Shown: piece by piece, positions 20,675-29,625 of the stretch | How the letters are laid out: each line of letters starts with the position of its first letter | How positions within the stretch are numbered: position 1 is the first letter of the stretch | Origin: Rhodocyclaceae bacterium | GTDB taxonomy: Bacteria; Pseudomonadota; Gammaproteobacteria; Burkholderiales; Rhodocyclaceae | Assembly (NCBI GenBank): GCA_011391215.1 | Contig: JAABQX010000016.1 | Location: forward strand, 12,201-76,200 | Reading direction: 5' to 3' | Length of the DNA: 64,000 nucleotides | Position numbers and translations under genes: made by a program | Notes under the pieces: model-generated | What the model saw: the letters and a program-made list of their open reading frames with translations, nothing else | What the model was told of the DNA's origin: nothing | Database searches by the model: none

Positions 20675-22471
20675 ATGAATAAACTACCCCTCACCTTGAC
20701 AGCCAGCCTGCTTGCGGCACTGTTCTCGGTCCCCGTGGTCGCACAGAACACGGCGCCGGCACCGGCAAAACGGCCGAATATCGTCGTCATTCTCGCCGAT
20801 GACATGGGCTTTTCAGACTTGGGATCGTTCGGCAGCGAGATCAAGACGCCGAACCTCGATTCGCTGGCCAACGACGGCGTGCGCTTTACCAATTTCTACA
20901 CGCACGCGAGCAGTTCGCCGACGCGATCGATGCTGCTCACCGGCGTCGATACGCACTTGAACGGCCTGGGCAACATGGACGAGTGGACGGCGCCCAACCA
21001 GTGGGGGCTGGACGGCTACGAAGGCTATCTCAACAACCGCGTGGCCACCGTGCCGCAGCTGCTCAAGAATTCCGGCTATCACACCTATATGGTCGGCAAG
21101 TGGCACATGGGTAAGACGCCCGAACAGATCCCGGCGGCGCGCGGCTTCGAGCGCGACTTTTCCTTGCTCGACGGCGCTGGCAGCTACTGGGACATGACCA
21201 ATTTCACCGCCGCCTCGCCCAAATCGGTATTCACCGAGGACGGTCGCTACCTGACCGAGCTGCCCAAGGATTACTACGCGACTGAGACCTACACCGACAA
21301 GATGATCGGCTTCATCGACGCCAACCACGGCGACGGCAAGCCCTTCTTCGCCTACGTCTCGCATCAGGCTCCGCACGACCCCTATCATCTGCCGCCGGAA
21401 TGGCGTAGTCGCCACGTCGGCGAATACGACAAGGGCTGGGACGCGGTGCGCCAGGAGCGGCTCAAACGACAGATCGAACTGGGCATCATGCCCAAGGACA
21501 CCAAGCTCGCCGAGCGCATGTGGTTCCTGCCCGACCCGATCACCCTGGCGCCGGCGACGCGCGCCATCCTCGGCCAGAAGATGGAGCTCTACGCCGGAAT
21601 GGTCGAGAACCTCGACTCGCACGTCGGTCGGCTGATCGATCACCTCAAGAAAATCGGCGAGTACGAGAACACGATCTTCCTGGTCTTCGGCGACAACGGC
21701 GCCGAGGGCAACGACCTCTTCAAGATGATCGCCGGCACCCCGGGGACGCGCGACTTCTTGTTTGGCGCGATCAACTGGTCGCAGACCGATCCCAAGGCCT
21801 GGGGCGATCCGGGATCGTACGTCGCCTACGGCCCGATGTGGGCCCAGGTTTCGATGACGCCGTTCAGCCAGTACAAGGGCTGGCTCGCCGAAGGCGGCAT
21901 CCGCAACGGACTGATCGTCAGCGGACCCAACGTCAAGCGGCAGAAGGGCAGCATCAACGACGGGCTGATGCACGTCGCCGACATCATGCCGACGTTGCTC
22001 GACGTCGCCGGCGCGAGCTATCCGAAGACGATCGACGGGCGCGAACTGCCGGCGCTGATCGGCACGTCATGGAGCAAGATGCTCGCCGGCCAGGCCGAAT
22101 CGCCGCGCAGCGAGCAGGACTACCTGGGTTGGGAAGTCTTCGGCAACCGCGCGGTGCGCCAGGGCGACTGGAAGCTGCGCTGGCAATACGAGCCGCTCGG
22201 CAAGGGCGACTGGGAGCTCTTCAACGTCACCGCCGATCCGGCCGAGCGCCATGACCTCGCCGCCAAGAACCCCGAAAAGCTGCGCGCCATGCTTGCGCTG
22301 TGGGACAGCTACGTTAAGACGAACAACGTGATCCTGCCCAGCCGGTCCGCATTCGAGGTACTCAAGGACCAGTTACCGCCGCGTGTCCCGGACGACCCAG
22401 GCTACCCGCCGCTGGTCTACAAGCGCCAGTTCGTTCCCCCCAAGGACATGACCGCAGCGCCCAAACCGTAG
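20675..22471 (+). CDS. Arylsulfatase, Ser-type
   Basis: PNIVVILADDMG, SSPTRSMLLTG (S-x-P-x-R), GKWHMG, GDNG; signal peptide. Confidence 0.93.
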   Translation: MNKLPLTLTASLLAALFSVPVVAQNTAPAPAKRPNIVVILADDMGFSDLGSFGSEIKTPNLDSLANDGVRFTNFYTHASSSPTRSMLLTGVDTHLNGLGNMDEWTAPNQWGLDGYEGYLNNRVATVPQLLKNSGYHTYMVGKWHMGKTPEQIPAARGFERDFSLLDGAGSYWDMTNFTAASPKSVFTEDGRYLTELPKDYYATETYTDKMIGFIDANHGDGKPFFAYVSHQAPHDPYHLPPEWRSRHVGEYDKGWDAVRQERLKRQIELGIMPKDTKLAERMWFLPDPITLAPATRAILGQKMELYAGMVENLDSHVGRLIDHLKKIGEYENTIFLVFGDNGAEGNDLFKMIAGTPGTRDFLFGAINWSQTDPKAWGDPGSYVAYGPMWAQVSMTPFSQYKGWLAEGGIRNGLIVSGPNVKRQKGSINDGLMHVADIMPTLLDVAGASYPKTIDGRELPALIGTSWSKMLAGQAESPRSEQDYLGWEVFGNRAVRQGDWKLRWQYEPLGKGDWELFNVTADPAERHDLAAKNPEKLRAMLALWDSYVKTNNVILPSRSAFEVLKDQLPPRVPDDPGYPPLVYKRQFVPPKDMTAAPKP

Positions 22472-22509
22472 CCATCGCCGTTTTCGAAAATCAACCAGGA
22501 CCATATCTC

Positions 22510-23511
22510 ATGAAAAACAACGAAACTTCAAAGCGCTTTCCCTGTTTGCGGGTGGCCACCGGCACGCTGTTCGCAATTGGCCTGCTCTGCGCGTCGCAAG
22601 CTCAGGCTCAGGTCCCTGGCCGTTTCTACTGGAAGACCTTGTCGGACAGCAGCGCCGTTCCGCTGATCGTCGAATCGATCAGCGGCAACACCAATCCCTT
22701 CGATCCTTCGCATCTGGTGACCGCCGGCGGGAGCTTCGACGCGACGATGGCGCTCGGCGGTTATGCGCAGACTTTTACCCTGATGGATCGCGCGGCGATG
22801 GCTGCGGTCATCCTGCCGATGGGGCGTCTCTCGGGCGAAGCACGATCGCGAAGCGGCACGTCGATCAATCAATCGTCGAACGGGTTTGGCGATCCGATGC
22901 TCGAGTTCAACATCAACGTCATCGGCCCCAAGGCGCAGAAAAACATTCCCGATGCGCTGCGTTATGAACCGGGGTTTTCTCTCGACTTGCTCGCCGACCT
23001 GGCGTTGCCGATCGGTCAATATGACAGCAACCAGGCGCTCAACCTCGGCCAGAACCGCTGGTATGGGCGCGTCGGCGCGCCAATGATCATGCAACTTGGT
23101 TTGTGGGTACCGGGCCGGCGAACGACGCTCGAATTGCTGCCTGCCGCGTGGATCTTCGGCGAGAACAACAACTATGTCGGGCAGACGCTCAAGACCGACC
23201 CCTTGTTCCAACTCGACGCCCACCTGACGCGCGACTTCACCGAGAATATCTGGGGCGCGCTCGACGGCTCCTGGTACTCGGGCGGCAAGGCCACGATCAA
23301 TAGCGTCGCGGGGACCAAGCGCAATGACGTCGCCTTCGGCCTCACGCTCGGCTACAAGGTCAACAACAATATGAACCTCACCGTCGGTTATAAATCGACG
23401 GTCAACGACAGTGCACCCGGCGATATGCGGATGGATAGTTTCATGGCTACACTAGTGTTCGGCTGGCATCCGCTGATCGAAGGATCGCGGCGGCTGGCTG
23501 GCGACAAGTAG
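22510..23511 (+). CDS. Outer-membrane transporter (phenol-degradation MetA-pathway barrel family)
   Basis: Signal peptide, GFGDP, PIGQYD..ALNLGQNRW, amphipathic beta strands. Confidence 0.7.
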   Translation: MKNNETSKRFPCLRVATGTLFAIGLLCASQAQAQVPGRFYWKTLSDSSAVPLIVESISGNTNPFDPSHLVTAGGSFDATMALGGYAQTFTLMDRAAMAAVILPMGRLSGEARSRSGTSINQSSNGFGDPMLEFNINVIGPKAQKNIPDALRYEPGFSLDLLADLALPIGQYDSNQALNLGQNRWYGRVGAPMIMQLGLWVPGRRTTLELLPAAWIFGENNNYVGQTLKTDPLFQLDAHLTRDFTENIWGALDGSWYSGGKATINSVAGTKRNDVAFGLTLGYKVNNNMNLTVGYKSTVNDSAPGDMRMDSFMATLVFGWHPLIEGSRRLAGDK

Positions 23512-23552
23512 GACGACAAGCGTTGTGTTCCTCGGATAACCAGGAGAAATCG

Positions 23553-23909
23553 ATGACTCATTTAATCAAATTCGCCGTGTTGAGCTTCGCCTTGGCCGCT
23601 TCGTCGGCCCATGCGGTGGTCTATTGCAAGAGCGTCGGCGTCCCGAAAGGCTGTGTCGCGGCACCGGCTGCGCGCGTTGCGGCACCGGGTGTCGGCGCCC
23701 CCGGCGTTGGCGTCGTCGATCCCGGGATCAACCAGCCGGGAGCGGCCGGCAATGTTGGTGCCGCGCGCGTTGGCGTCGGCGCCCCCGGTGTCGGCGTCGT
23801 CGATCCAGGGATCAACCAACCGGGAGCGGCCGGCAATATCGGCGCATCTGGTGTCGCCAACACACCGGCCAATCGCGGCGGCCCGGTGGATCGTGCCGGT
23901 CGGCGTTGA
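23553..23909 (+). CDS. Secreted Gly/Ala/Pro-rich protein with a 28-aa tandem repeat
   Basis: AGGAG RBS, signal peptide, YC...GC, two copies of GVGAPGVGVVDPGINQPGAAGN. Confidence 0.7.
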   Translation: MTHLIKFAVLSFALAASSAHAVVYCKSVGVPKGCVAAPAARVAAPGVGAPGVGVVDPGINQPGAAGNVGAARVGVGAPGVGVVDPGINQPGAAGNIGASGVANTPANRGGPVDRAGRR

Positions 23910-24088
23910 TCGACTTAACGCGTCGATAGGCTGGATCAACAGCAGGACTCAATCCGAATTTTTTCCAGCCGACGAGTGCGTCGATGTCGGCGAGGACGCC
24001 TCGCTCAAGAAGGCGACATCCGATTGACGATTGCCATGAGGGGGCGAGTGTTTCAAACTTAGCCCCCTTACCACCGGACCCGACCTCG

Positions 24089-25345
24089 ATGACTGAAATA
24101 ACCGCAGGGCCCGAGCTAAAATTGCCCGAACTGGGAAGCGGTGATTTCTATCGTTTCCACACGATGATCAAGCCCGCCGGCGCGCAGTGCAATCTCGATT
24201 GCGCCTACTGCTTCTACCTGCACAAGGAAGATCTTCTGCACCAGCCGCAATCGCCGCGCATGAGCGATTCGGTACTCGAATCGCACATCCGCCAGTACAT
24301 CGAGGCGCAGGGCGGTAGCGAGGTCGTTTTTTCCTGGCAGGGCGGCGAGCCGACGCTGATGGGGCTCGATTTCTTCCGGCGCGTCGTCGAGCTTCAGAAG
24401 AAGCACCAGAAGCCCGGTCAGCGCATCGAAAACGATCTGCAGACCAATGGCATTCTGCTCAACGACGCGTGGTGCGCCTTCCTGGCCGAGCACAATTTCC
24501 TGATCGGCCTGTCGATCGACGGCCCCGCCGAGCTGCACGACCGTTACCGCTACAGCAAGGGTAACAAGCCCACGTTTGCTCGGGTCATGGCGGCAGTCAA
24601 ACTTCTTCACCAGCACCATGTCGTATTCAGTGTTCTGTGCGTGGTCAATCGCAGCAATGCACGGCGGCCGATCGACGTCTACCGCTTCCTGCGCGACGAG
24701 GTCCGTCCGCGCACGATTCAGTTCATCCCGGGCCTGGAACCGGTCGAGTTCCGCTTCGTCGCCCCAGGGCATTGGGATTGGGAAAAGCTGCCAGTGGTCG
24801 GCACGCCAGCGGCCAGACCGGGCAACCCGGATTCTGTAGTCGCCGACTGGTCGGTGGACCCGGACGACTGGGGCTACTTCCTGACCCGCGTCTGGGACGA
24901 ATGGTTCAAGCGCGACTACGGACGCGTTTTTGTCGACCAGTTCGAAAACGTCATCTCGCAGATGTTCGGTCATGGTGCCCAGAAATGTGTCAGTGGCCGA
25001 ATCTGCGGCAAGGCCCTGGCGATTGAGTACAACGGCGATCTGTATAGCTGCGATCACTTCGTTTATCCGGAATACAAGCTGGGCAATATCCGCGAAGTGC
25101 ATGAAGGCGACCTGGTGTTTTCCGAACTTCAGAAAAAGTTCGCCTATGCCAAGAGCGAGACACTGCCGCAATACTGCAAATCCTGCGCCTATCTGGAGTT
25201 GTGCTGGGGCGAGTGTCCGAAGAACCGCTTCGTCAAAACGCCGGATGGCGAGAAGGGCTTGAACTACCTTTGCCCCGGACTGAAAAAGTTCTATGCCAAA
25301 GCGACGTCCGAGCGCGTTGAACTGACGAAGAGACTGGCACTTTGA
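24089..25345 (+). CDS. Anaerobic sulfatase maturase (radical SAM/SPASM, AtsB/anSME)
   Basis: CNLDCAYCFY, WQGGEPTL, LQTNG, YSCDHFV, C-terminal SPASM cysteines. Confidence 0.93.
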   Translation: MTEITAGPELKLPELGSGDFYRFHTMIKPAGAQCNLDCAYCFYLHKEDLLHQPQSPRMSDSVLESHIRQYIEAQGGSEVVFSWQGGEPTLMGLDFFRRVVELQKKHQKPGQRIENDLQTNGILLNDAWCAFLAEHNFLIGLSIDGPAELHDRYRYSKGNKPTFARVMAAVKLLHQHHVVFSVLCVVNRSNARRPIDVYRFLRDEVRPRTIQFIPGLEPVEFRFVAPGHWDWEKLPVVGTPAARPGNPDSVVADWSVDPDDWGYFLTRVWDEWFKRDYGRVFVDQFENVISQMFGHGAQKCVSGRICGKALAIEYNGDLYSCDHFVYPEYKLGNIREVHEGDLVFSELQKKFAYAKSETLPQYCKSCAYLELCWGECPKNRFVKTPDGEKGLNYLCPGLKKFYAKATSERVELTKRLAL

Positions 25346-25519
25346 ACTCCATGTCGGACGGAAAGAAGCGCGAAACCATTTTTGGGCGATAGCCTTCGCC
25401 GTTTCGCCATTAGTGCGGACGCTTGGCATGTGGCCTACGGCACGCAATACACGCGCAATGCCCAGGCCAAGCTTAACGCTGGCATAGGCCGAGGAGCCGC
25501 AGTTCGATACCGGGATATG

Positions 25520-25641
25520 AACGACGGCTCAGCTCAGTTACCTGCCATAGAACGTACCTGGAGCCGAATGACCGGATTGGGTCGGCTGCCGTCATGCGAC
25601 CACGTTGAAGTTGAACGACAGCAAACTGAGCGCACCAGCCG
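25520..25641 (+). repeat. Cluster of degenerate ~28-bp junction repeats, 47-bp start-to-start spacing
   Basis: Units at 25520-25547, 25567-25594, 25614-25641. Confidence 0.55.
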
Positions 25642-25739
25642 GTGGGTATGCCGCATTCAGCAGACAGCACCCAGTCTTGAACGGCCCGATAGTTTCAAGG
25701 GGCGAGTGGCTTCCGCTGGCCGTTTACCTCCCATAACAG

Positions 25740-25763
25740 AAAAGTCGGCGCTGGCAGGACGGC
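25740..25763 (-). repeat. Dispersed 24-bp motif, consensus copy; right island boundary
   Basis: aaaagtcggcgctggcaggacggc. Confidence 0.9.
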
Positions 25764-25828
25764 ATGTCCCGCATGGAGCGCGCTACCCGCCTTATCATGG
25801 GCGATGTTTTGATCCGGGAGTCGCTTCA

Positions 25829-26182
25829 ATGCTCGCTGCCATCACCTTACTGCTGCTGTTTCAACTCGCCGGCGAGGCCATCGCACTGTTTTTATCCCTG
25901 CCCGTACCCGGTCCGGTCATCGGCATGGGCCTGCTGTTTGCCGCGCTGGCCTGGCGTGGCGGACCGCCGCCCGAGTTGCGCGACACCGCACAGAATCTGC
26001 TGCAGCACCTCTCGCTGCTGTTCGTCCCCGCCGGTGTCGGCGTGATGCTGCACCTGCAGCGCATGGCCGACGAATGGCTGCCCATCGTAAGCTCGTTGGT
26101 CGCCAGCACCTTCATCACCATCGCCGTCACCGCGCTAGTGCTGCGGATATTGCATCGCCACGCGCCGGAGCAAAGGCCATGA
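25829..26182 (+). CDS. CidA/LrgA family protein
   Basis: LPVPGPVIGM, LSLLFVPAGVG. Confidence 0.9.
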   Translation: MLAAITLLLLFQLAGEAIALFLSLPVPGPVIGMGLLFAALAWRGGPPPELRDTAQNLLQHLSLLFVPAGVGVMLHLQRMADEWLPIVSSLVASTFITIAVTALVLRILHRHAPEQRP

Positions 26183-26910
26183 CCCCACGTTTGAATGAAA
26201 TCTGGGTTTACCTTTCCGCCTCGCCGCTGCTCGGCCTCACCCTCACGCTCCTCGCCTATCAGGGCGCCGTGTGGATCAGCAAGCGCTGCAACGGCCACCC
26301 GCTGGCCAATCCGGTACTGCTTGCCGTCGCCGCACTGGTGACCTTGCTGTGGGCCACCGGCACACCGTACCGCACTTATTTCGACGGCGCCCAGTTCGTG
26401 CATTTCCTCCTCGGCCCCGCCACCGTGGCGCTGGCCATTCCGCTCTACGCGCAGCTCGGCCGTCTCAAGCGCATGGCCGGGCCGCTGCTGATCGCCCTGC
26501 TGGCTGGTTCGCTGACCGCCGCGTTCTCCGCCGTGCTCATCGGCAAGTTGCTCGGCGCCAGCGATGCCACGCTGTTCTCCCTGGCGCCAAAATCCGTCAC
26601 CACGCCGATCGCCATGGGCATCGCCGAACGCCTCGGCGGCCTGCCTTCGCTGACTGCCGTACTGGTCATCCTCACCGGCATCCTCGGCGCCGTCGGCGCA
26701 CAGTGGCTGTACGCGCTGATGAAGTGCAACGACCCGGCGATCCGCGGCTTCGCCCTCGGCGTGGCGTCACACGGCATCGGCACCGCGCGCGCCTTCCAGA
26801 TCAGCGAACAGACCGGCGCTTTCGCCGCGCTGGCGATGGGCTTGAACGGCCTGCTCACGGCCGCGCTATTGCCCTGGTTGATGCCAGCGCTAATGCGCTG
26901 GCTGGGTTGA
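26179..26910 (+). CDS. LrgB family protein
   Basis: LLGPATVALAIPLY, PKSVTTPIAM, SHGIGTARA. Confidence 0.93.
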   Translation: MTPRLNEIWVYLSASPLLGLTLTLLAYQGAVWISKRCNGHPLANPVLLAVAALVTLLWATGTPYRTYFDGAQFVHFLLGPATVALAIPLYAQLGRLKRMAGPLLIALLAGSLTAAFSAVLIGKLLGASDATLFSLAPKSVTTPIAMGIAERLGGLPSLTAVLVILTGILGAVGAQWLYALMKCNDPAIRGFALGVASHGIGTARAFQISEQTGAFAALAMGLNGLLTAALLPWLMPALMRWLG

Positions 26911-26917
26911 AGCCACA

Positions 26918-26941
26918 AAAAGTCGGCGTCGGCAGGACGGC
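26918..26941 (-). repeat. Dispersed 24-bp motif copy after lrgB stop
   Basis: aaaagtcggcgtcggcaggacggc. Confidence 0.85.
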
Positions 26942-26987
26942 AGGATGGTGACATTTCTATATCAGCCATTTCTGATACTTTCAAAGT

Positions 26988-27001
26988 TTGATCTGTATCA
27001 A
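26988..27001 (+). promoter_or_regulatory. FNR/DNR box (perfect) upstream of the octaheme cytochrome
   Basis: TTGAT-CTGT-ATCAA; CAGAAT -10 at 27024 fits class II (-41.5) geometry. Confidence 0.8.
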
Positions 27002-27151
27002 TTTTTAAAAAATTAACATTGTTCAGAATGCGCCCACAAAGACCATTTATAGCCTTTATAGCCCATGGTCGATGTCGAAGGTGCTGGCGGGTATCCGTTG
27101 CAGTTCGCAACTGAAAATTGGCAAGTTCAACATGTCTCAAGGGGGAGCAAG

Positions 27152-28654
27152 ATGCGGCATATTTTCAAGTTATTGATTTCATTGGCTGCGACCTTATTCG
27201 CATTCAATGCCTGGGCCGCAGATAGCAAGCTGCCCGTCAGATCAGCGGAGGAAAAAGCCATCGGCCAGGCCTGTATCAAGTGCCACGCTGATGAATCGCC
27301 CGGCATTGTCGGCGAGTGGAAGAAGAGCCGCCACAATGGCAAGCAATATGTCGTTGATTGTTATAGCTGCCACCAGGCCAAGGAAGGCGAGAAGTGGGCC
27401 TACAAGCATGAAAAGCACAATGGCAAGGATATTTTCATCACCACCATCCCGACGCCGAAAAACTGCGCAGTTTGCCACAAGGAAGAAGTCGCCCAGCAGC
27501 AACCCTCTCACCATGCCAAGGCAGGCCAGATTCTCGGTTCGCTCGACAACATCATGGGTGAAGTGATTGGCGGCCCCGAAGCCGTGAATGCCGGTTGTCG
27601 CCAATGCCATGGCGGCGATATCGTGCTGGATCATCGCGGCAAGCCGACCATGGAAACCTGGCCGAATACCGGCATCGGGCGCGGCAATCCGGATGGCTCG
27701 CTGGGTTCCTGCTCGGCCTGTCATGCGCGCCATCGCTTCTCGTCGGCCCAGGCGCGCACGCCGGATACCTGCGGCAAGTGCCACCTTGGCCCGGATCATC
27801 CGCAGATGGAGGTTTATAACGAATCCAAGCACGGCATCCTGTATCGCGCCCATGTGGATGAGATGAACCTCAAATCCAAGAAGTGGGTTGCCGGCGTCGA
27901 CTACTCTGCCGCACCGACCTGCGCCACCTGCCACATGAGTGCGACGCGCAAGCAAAAAACCACTCACGACGTTGGCGAGCGCATCTCCTGGACGCTGCGT
28001 CCGCCCATCTCGCAAAAGCTCAACATGATCCGTCTGGAAAGTGGTGACGAGTACGATCTGCCGGAAGGCAATCCGATCCCGAAAGTGGGTGACATCGACA
28101 ATTCGCCAAAGGGCAAGGGTGCCAAGGTCAAGGAAGTGCTGACGTGGGAAGACCGTCGCGGCAAGATGAAGAATGTCTGCTACGCCTGCCACGCCTCCGA
28201 CCAGGTCAAGGGCCACTACAAGCAGTTTGACGACGTCGTGAATCTCTACAACGAAAAGTTCGCCAAGCCGATTGCCGCTGCCATGAAGGATCTGGTGGCT
28301 CAGGGCTACATCACCGCCGCACCGTTCGACGACAAGATCGAGTGGACCTGGTGGGAAATCTGGCACCACGAAGGTCGTCGCGCTCGTCATGGCGCCTCCA
28401 TGATGGGTCCGGACTACACCTGGTGGCATGGCATCTATGAAGTCGCCCAACACACCTACTTCAAGTGGATTCCGGAACTCAAGGAAGCCGTGCGCAAGAA
28501 GGATGGCAATGAAGACGCCGCCAAGGCGATCCTCGAGAAGCACTTCAAGCCGATCCAGGGCCATGACTGGTACTTCAGTGGCATCAGCAAGGAATCGATC
28601 GAGAAAACCCGTGCAGCTTTCGAAGAGCGCTACGGCAAGGGTTCCATGAAGTAA
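27152..28654 (+). CDS. Octaheme hydroxylamine-oxidoreductase-family cytochrome c (epsilon-Hao-like, probably reductive)
   Basis: Signal peptide; 8 CxxCH (CIKCH, CYSCH, CAVCH, CRQCH, CSACH, CGKCH, CATCH, CYACH); GPDHPQ; WHHEGRRARHGASMMGPDYTWWHG. Confidence 0.85.
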   Translation: MRHIFKLLISLAATLFAFNAWAADSKLPVRSAEEKAIGQACIKCHADESPGIVGEWKKSRHNGKQYVVDCYSCHQAKEGEKWAYKHEKHNGKDIFITTIPTPKNCAVCHKEEVAQQQPSHHAKAGQILGSLDNIMGEVIGGPEAVNAGCRQCHGGDIVLDHRGKPTMETWPNTGIGRGNPDGSLGSCSACHARHRFSSAQARTPDTCGKCHLGPDHPQMEVYNESKHGILYRAHVDEMNLKSKKWVAGVDYSAAPTCATCHMSATRKQKTTHDVGERISWTLRPPISQKLNMIRLESGDEYDLPEGNPIPKVGDIDNSPKGKGAKVKEVLTWEDRRGKMKNVCYACHASDQVKGHYKQFDDVVNLYNEKFAKPIAAAMKDLVAQGYITAAPFDDKIEWTWWEIWHHEGRRARHGASMMGPDYTWWHGIYEVAQHTYFKWIPELKEAVRKKDGNEDAAKAILEKHFKPIQGHDWYFSGISKESIEKTRAAFEERYGKGSMK

Positions 28655-28671
28655 TTATCGGCACTACCAGG

Positions 28672-28706
28672 ACGGCTCTCCCCCTCACGGGAGGGCCGTT
28701 TTTTTT
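28672..28706 (+). terminator. Intrinsic terminator
   Basis: acggctctccc-cctcac-gggagggccgt + T run. Confidence 0.75.
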
Positions 28707-28723
28707 AAAGGAGTATCGTTTTT

Positions 28724-29287
28724 ATGAAAATACAAAACTGCTTGCGCCCGGCTTTGACTCTTTTCGCGGCATTCTGCGTGACCGTCGGCGCTCAGGCTGC
28801 TGGTGCAGCTACGGCTACCGCGATCGAACAGGGCAACCGCCTCTGGGAAGAGAACAAACTCGAAGAGGCGCAGAAACGCTTTGAAGAAGCCGTCAAGGCC
28901 GACCCCAAGTCGATCGATGCCCTCATGAAACTCGCCGGCATCCAGATGACGCGCCTGAACTATTCTGCTGCAAACTTGACCTACCGCGACGTGTTGGCCA
29001 TCGATTCAAAGTACGCCAAGGCCTGGATGGGCATGGGTATGTGCTATCTGCATAGTGGTTCGAGGGAAATGGCACGGTCCGCCTTCGAGGAAGCCCTGCG
29101 TGCCGAGCCAAGCCGCAAGGAGCAACTCGCGCCGGTATTGGCCGAACTCGACACCAAGATCGAAGCCAAACGTGCGCAGACGTCGGCCGACATGGCTGCC
29201 GGGATGCCCGCAGATAGTAATCACAAGGGTAAAACTGCTGCACCGACGACGAAATCATCAGGACAACCAGCACAACCCACTAAATAA
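28724..29287 (+). CDS. Secreted tetratricopeptide-repeat protein
   Basis: Signal peptide; TPR-like helices (EAQKRFEEAVKADP, AWMGMGMCY, ARSAFEEALRAEP). Confidence 0.8.
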   Translation: MKIQNCLRPALTLFAAFCVTVGAQAAGAATATAIEQGNRLWEENKLEEAQKRFEEAVKADPKSIDALMKLAGIQMTRLNYSAANLTYRDVLAIDSKYAKAWMGMGMCYLHSGSREMARSAFEEALRAEPSRKEQLAPVLAELDTKIEAKRAQTSADMAAGMPADSNHKGKTAAPTTKSSGQPAQPTK

Positions 29288-29400
29288 TAAGGGGAATTAT
29301 TTTATTGTCGTGCAGCTTAAAAACCTGACACGACTTCCCTGCTAAGTGCATTAGCAATTGTTAATAAAGGACTTTTTCGCGAATTACCATCAATTCTCGC

Positions 29401-29414
29401 TTGATCAGGACCAA
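29401..29414 (+). promoter_or_regulatory. FNR-like box (one mismatch) upstream of the nirT-like gene
   Basis: TTGAT-CAGG-ACCAA. Confidence 0.45.
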
Positions 29415-29625
29415 ACTGCCTGCAATAATTGTTTCACTTTTAATCCGTATCAAGAACGTGGATTACATAACAGCTATAGCAGGAGGTCTTGACGAGTGCT
29501 CAACCCGGTTTTTTCGGGTTTGATGGCCGCTGCAGTCACTCATGAGACCTTGGTTATTTCGTTAAATGCGCTTGTTTGTGCCGGTGCCGCGTGCGCTTGA
29601 TTGAATCCAAGGAGAAGAACGAAAA

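Larger units (their letters stand above)
14960..25739. mobile_element. Accessory genomic island (no integrase or transposase seen)
   Basis: Patchy GC, unrelated gene modules, long non-coding junctions, no internal copy of the host 24-bp motif, flanked by two same-orientation copies. Confidence 0.55.

Noticed and set aside
27152-28654. Evidence for an ammonia oxidiser
   Set aside because: No amo or cycA (c554) in the window, an FNR box upstream, and a C-terminal motif of the reductive type
28653-28676. Weak motif-like sequence after the hao stop
   Set aside because: About six mismatches including the TTTT core; not counted
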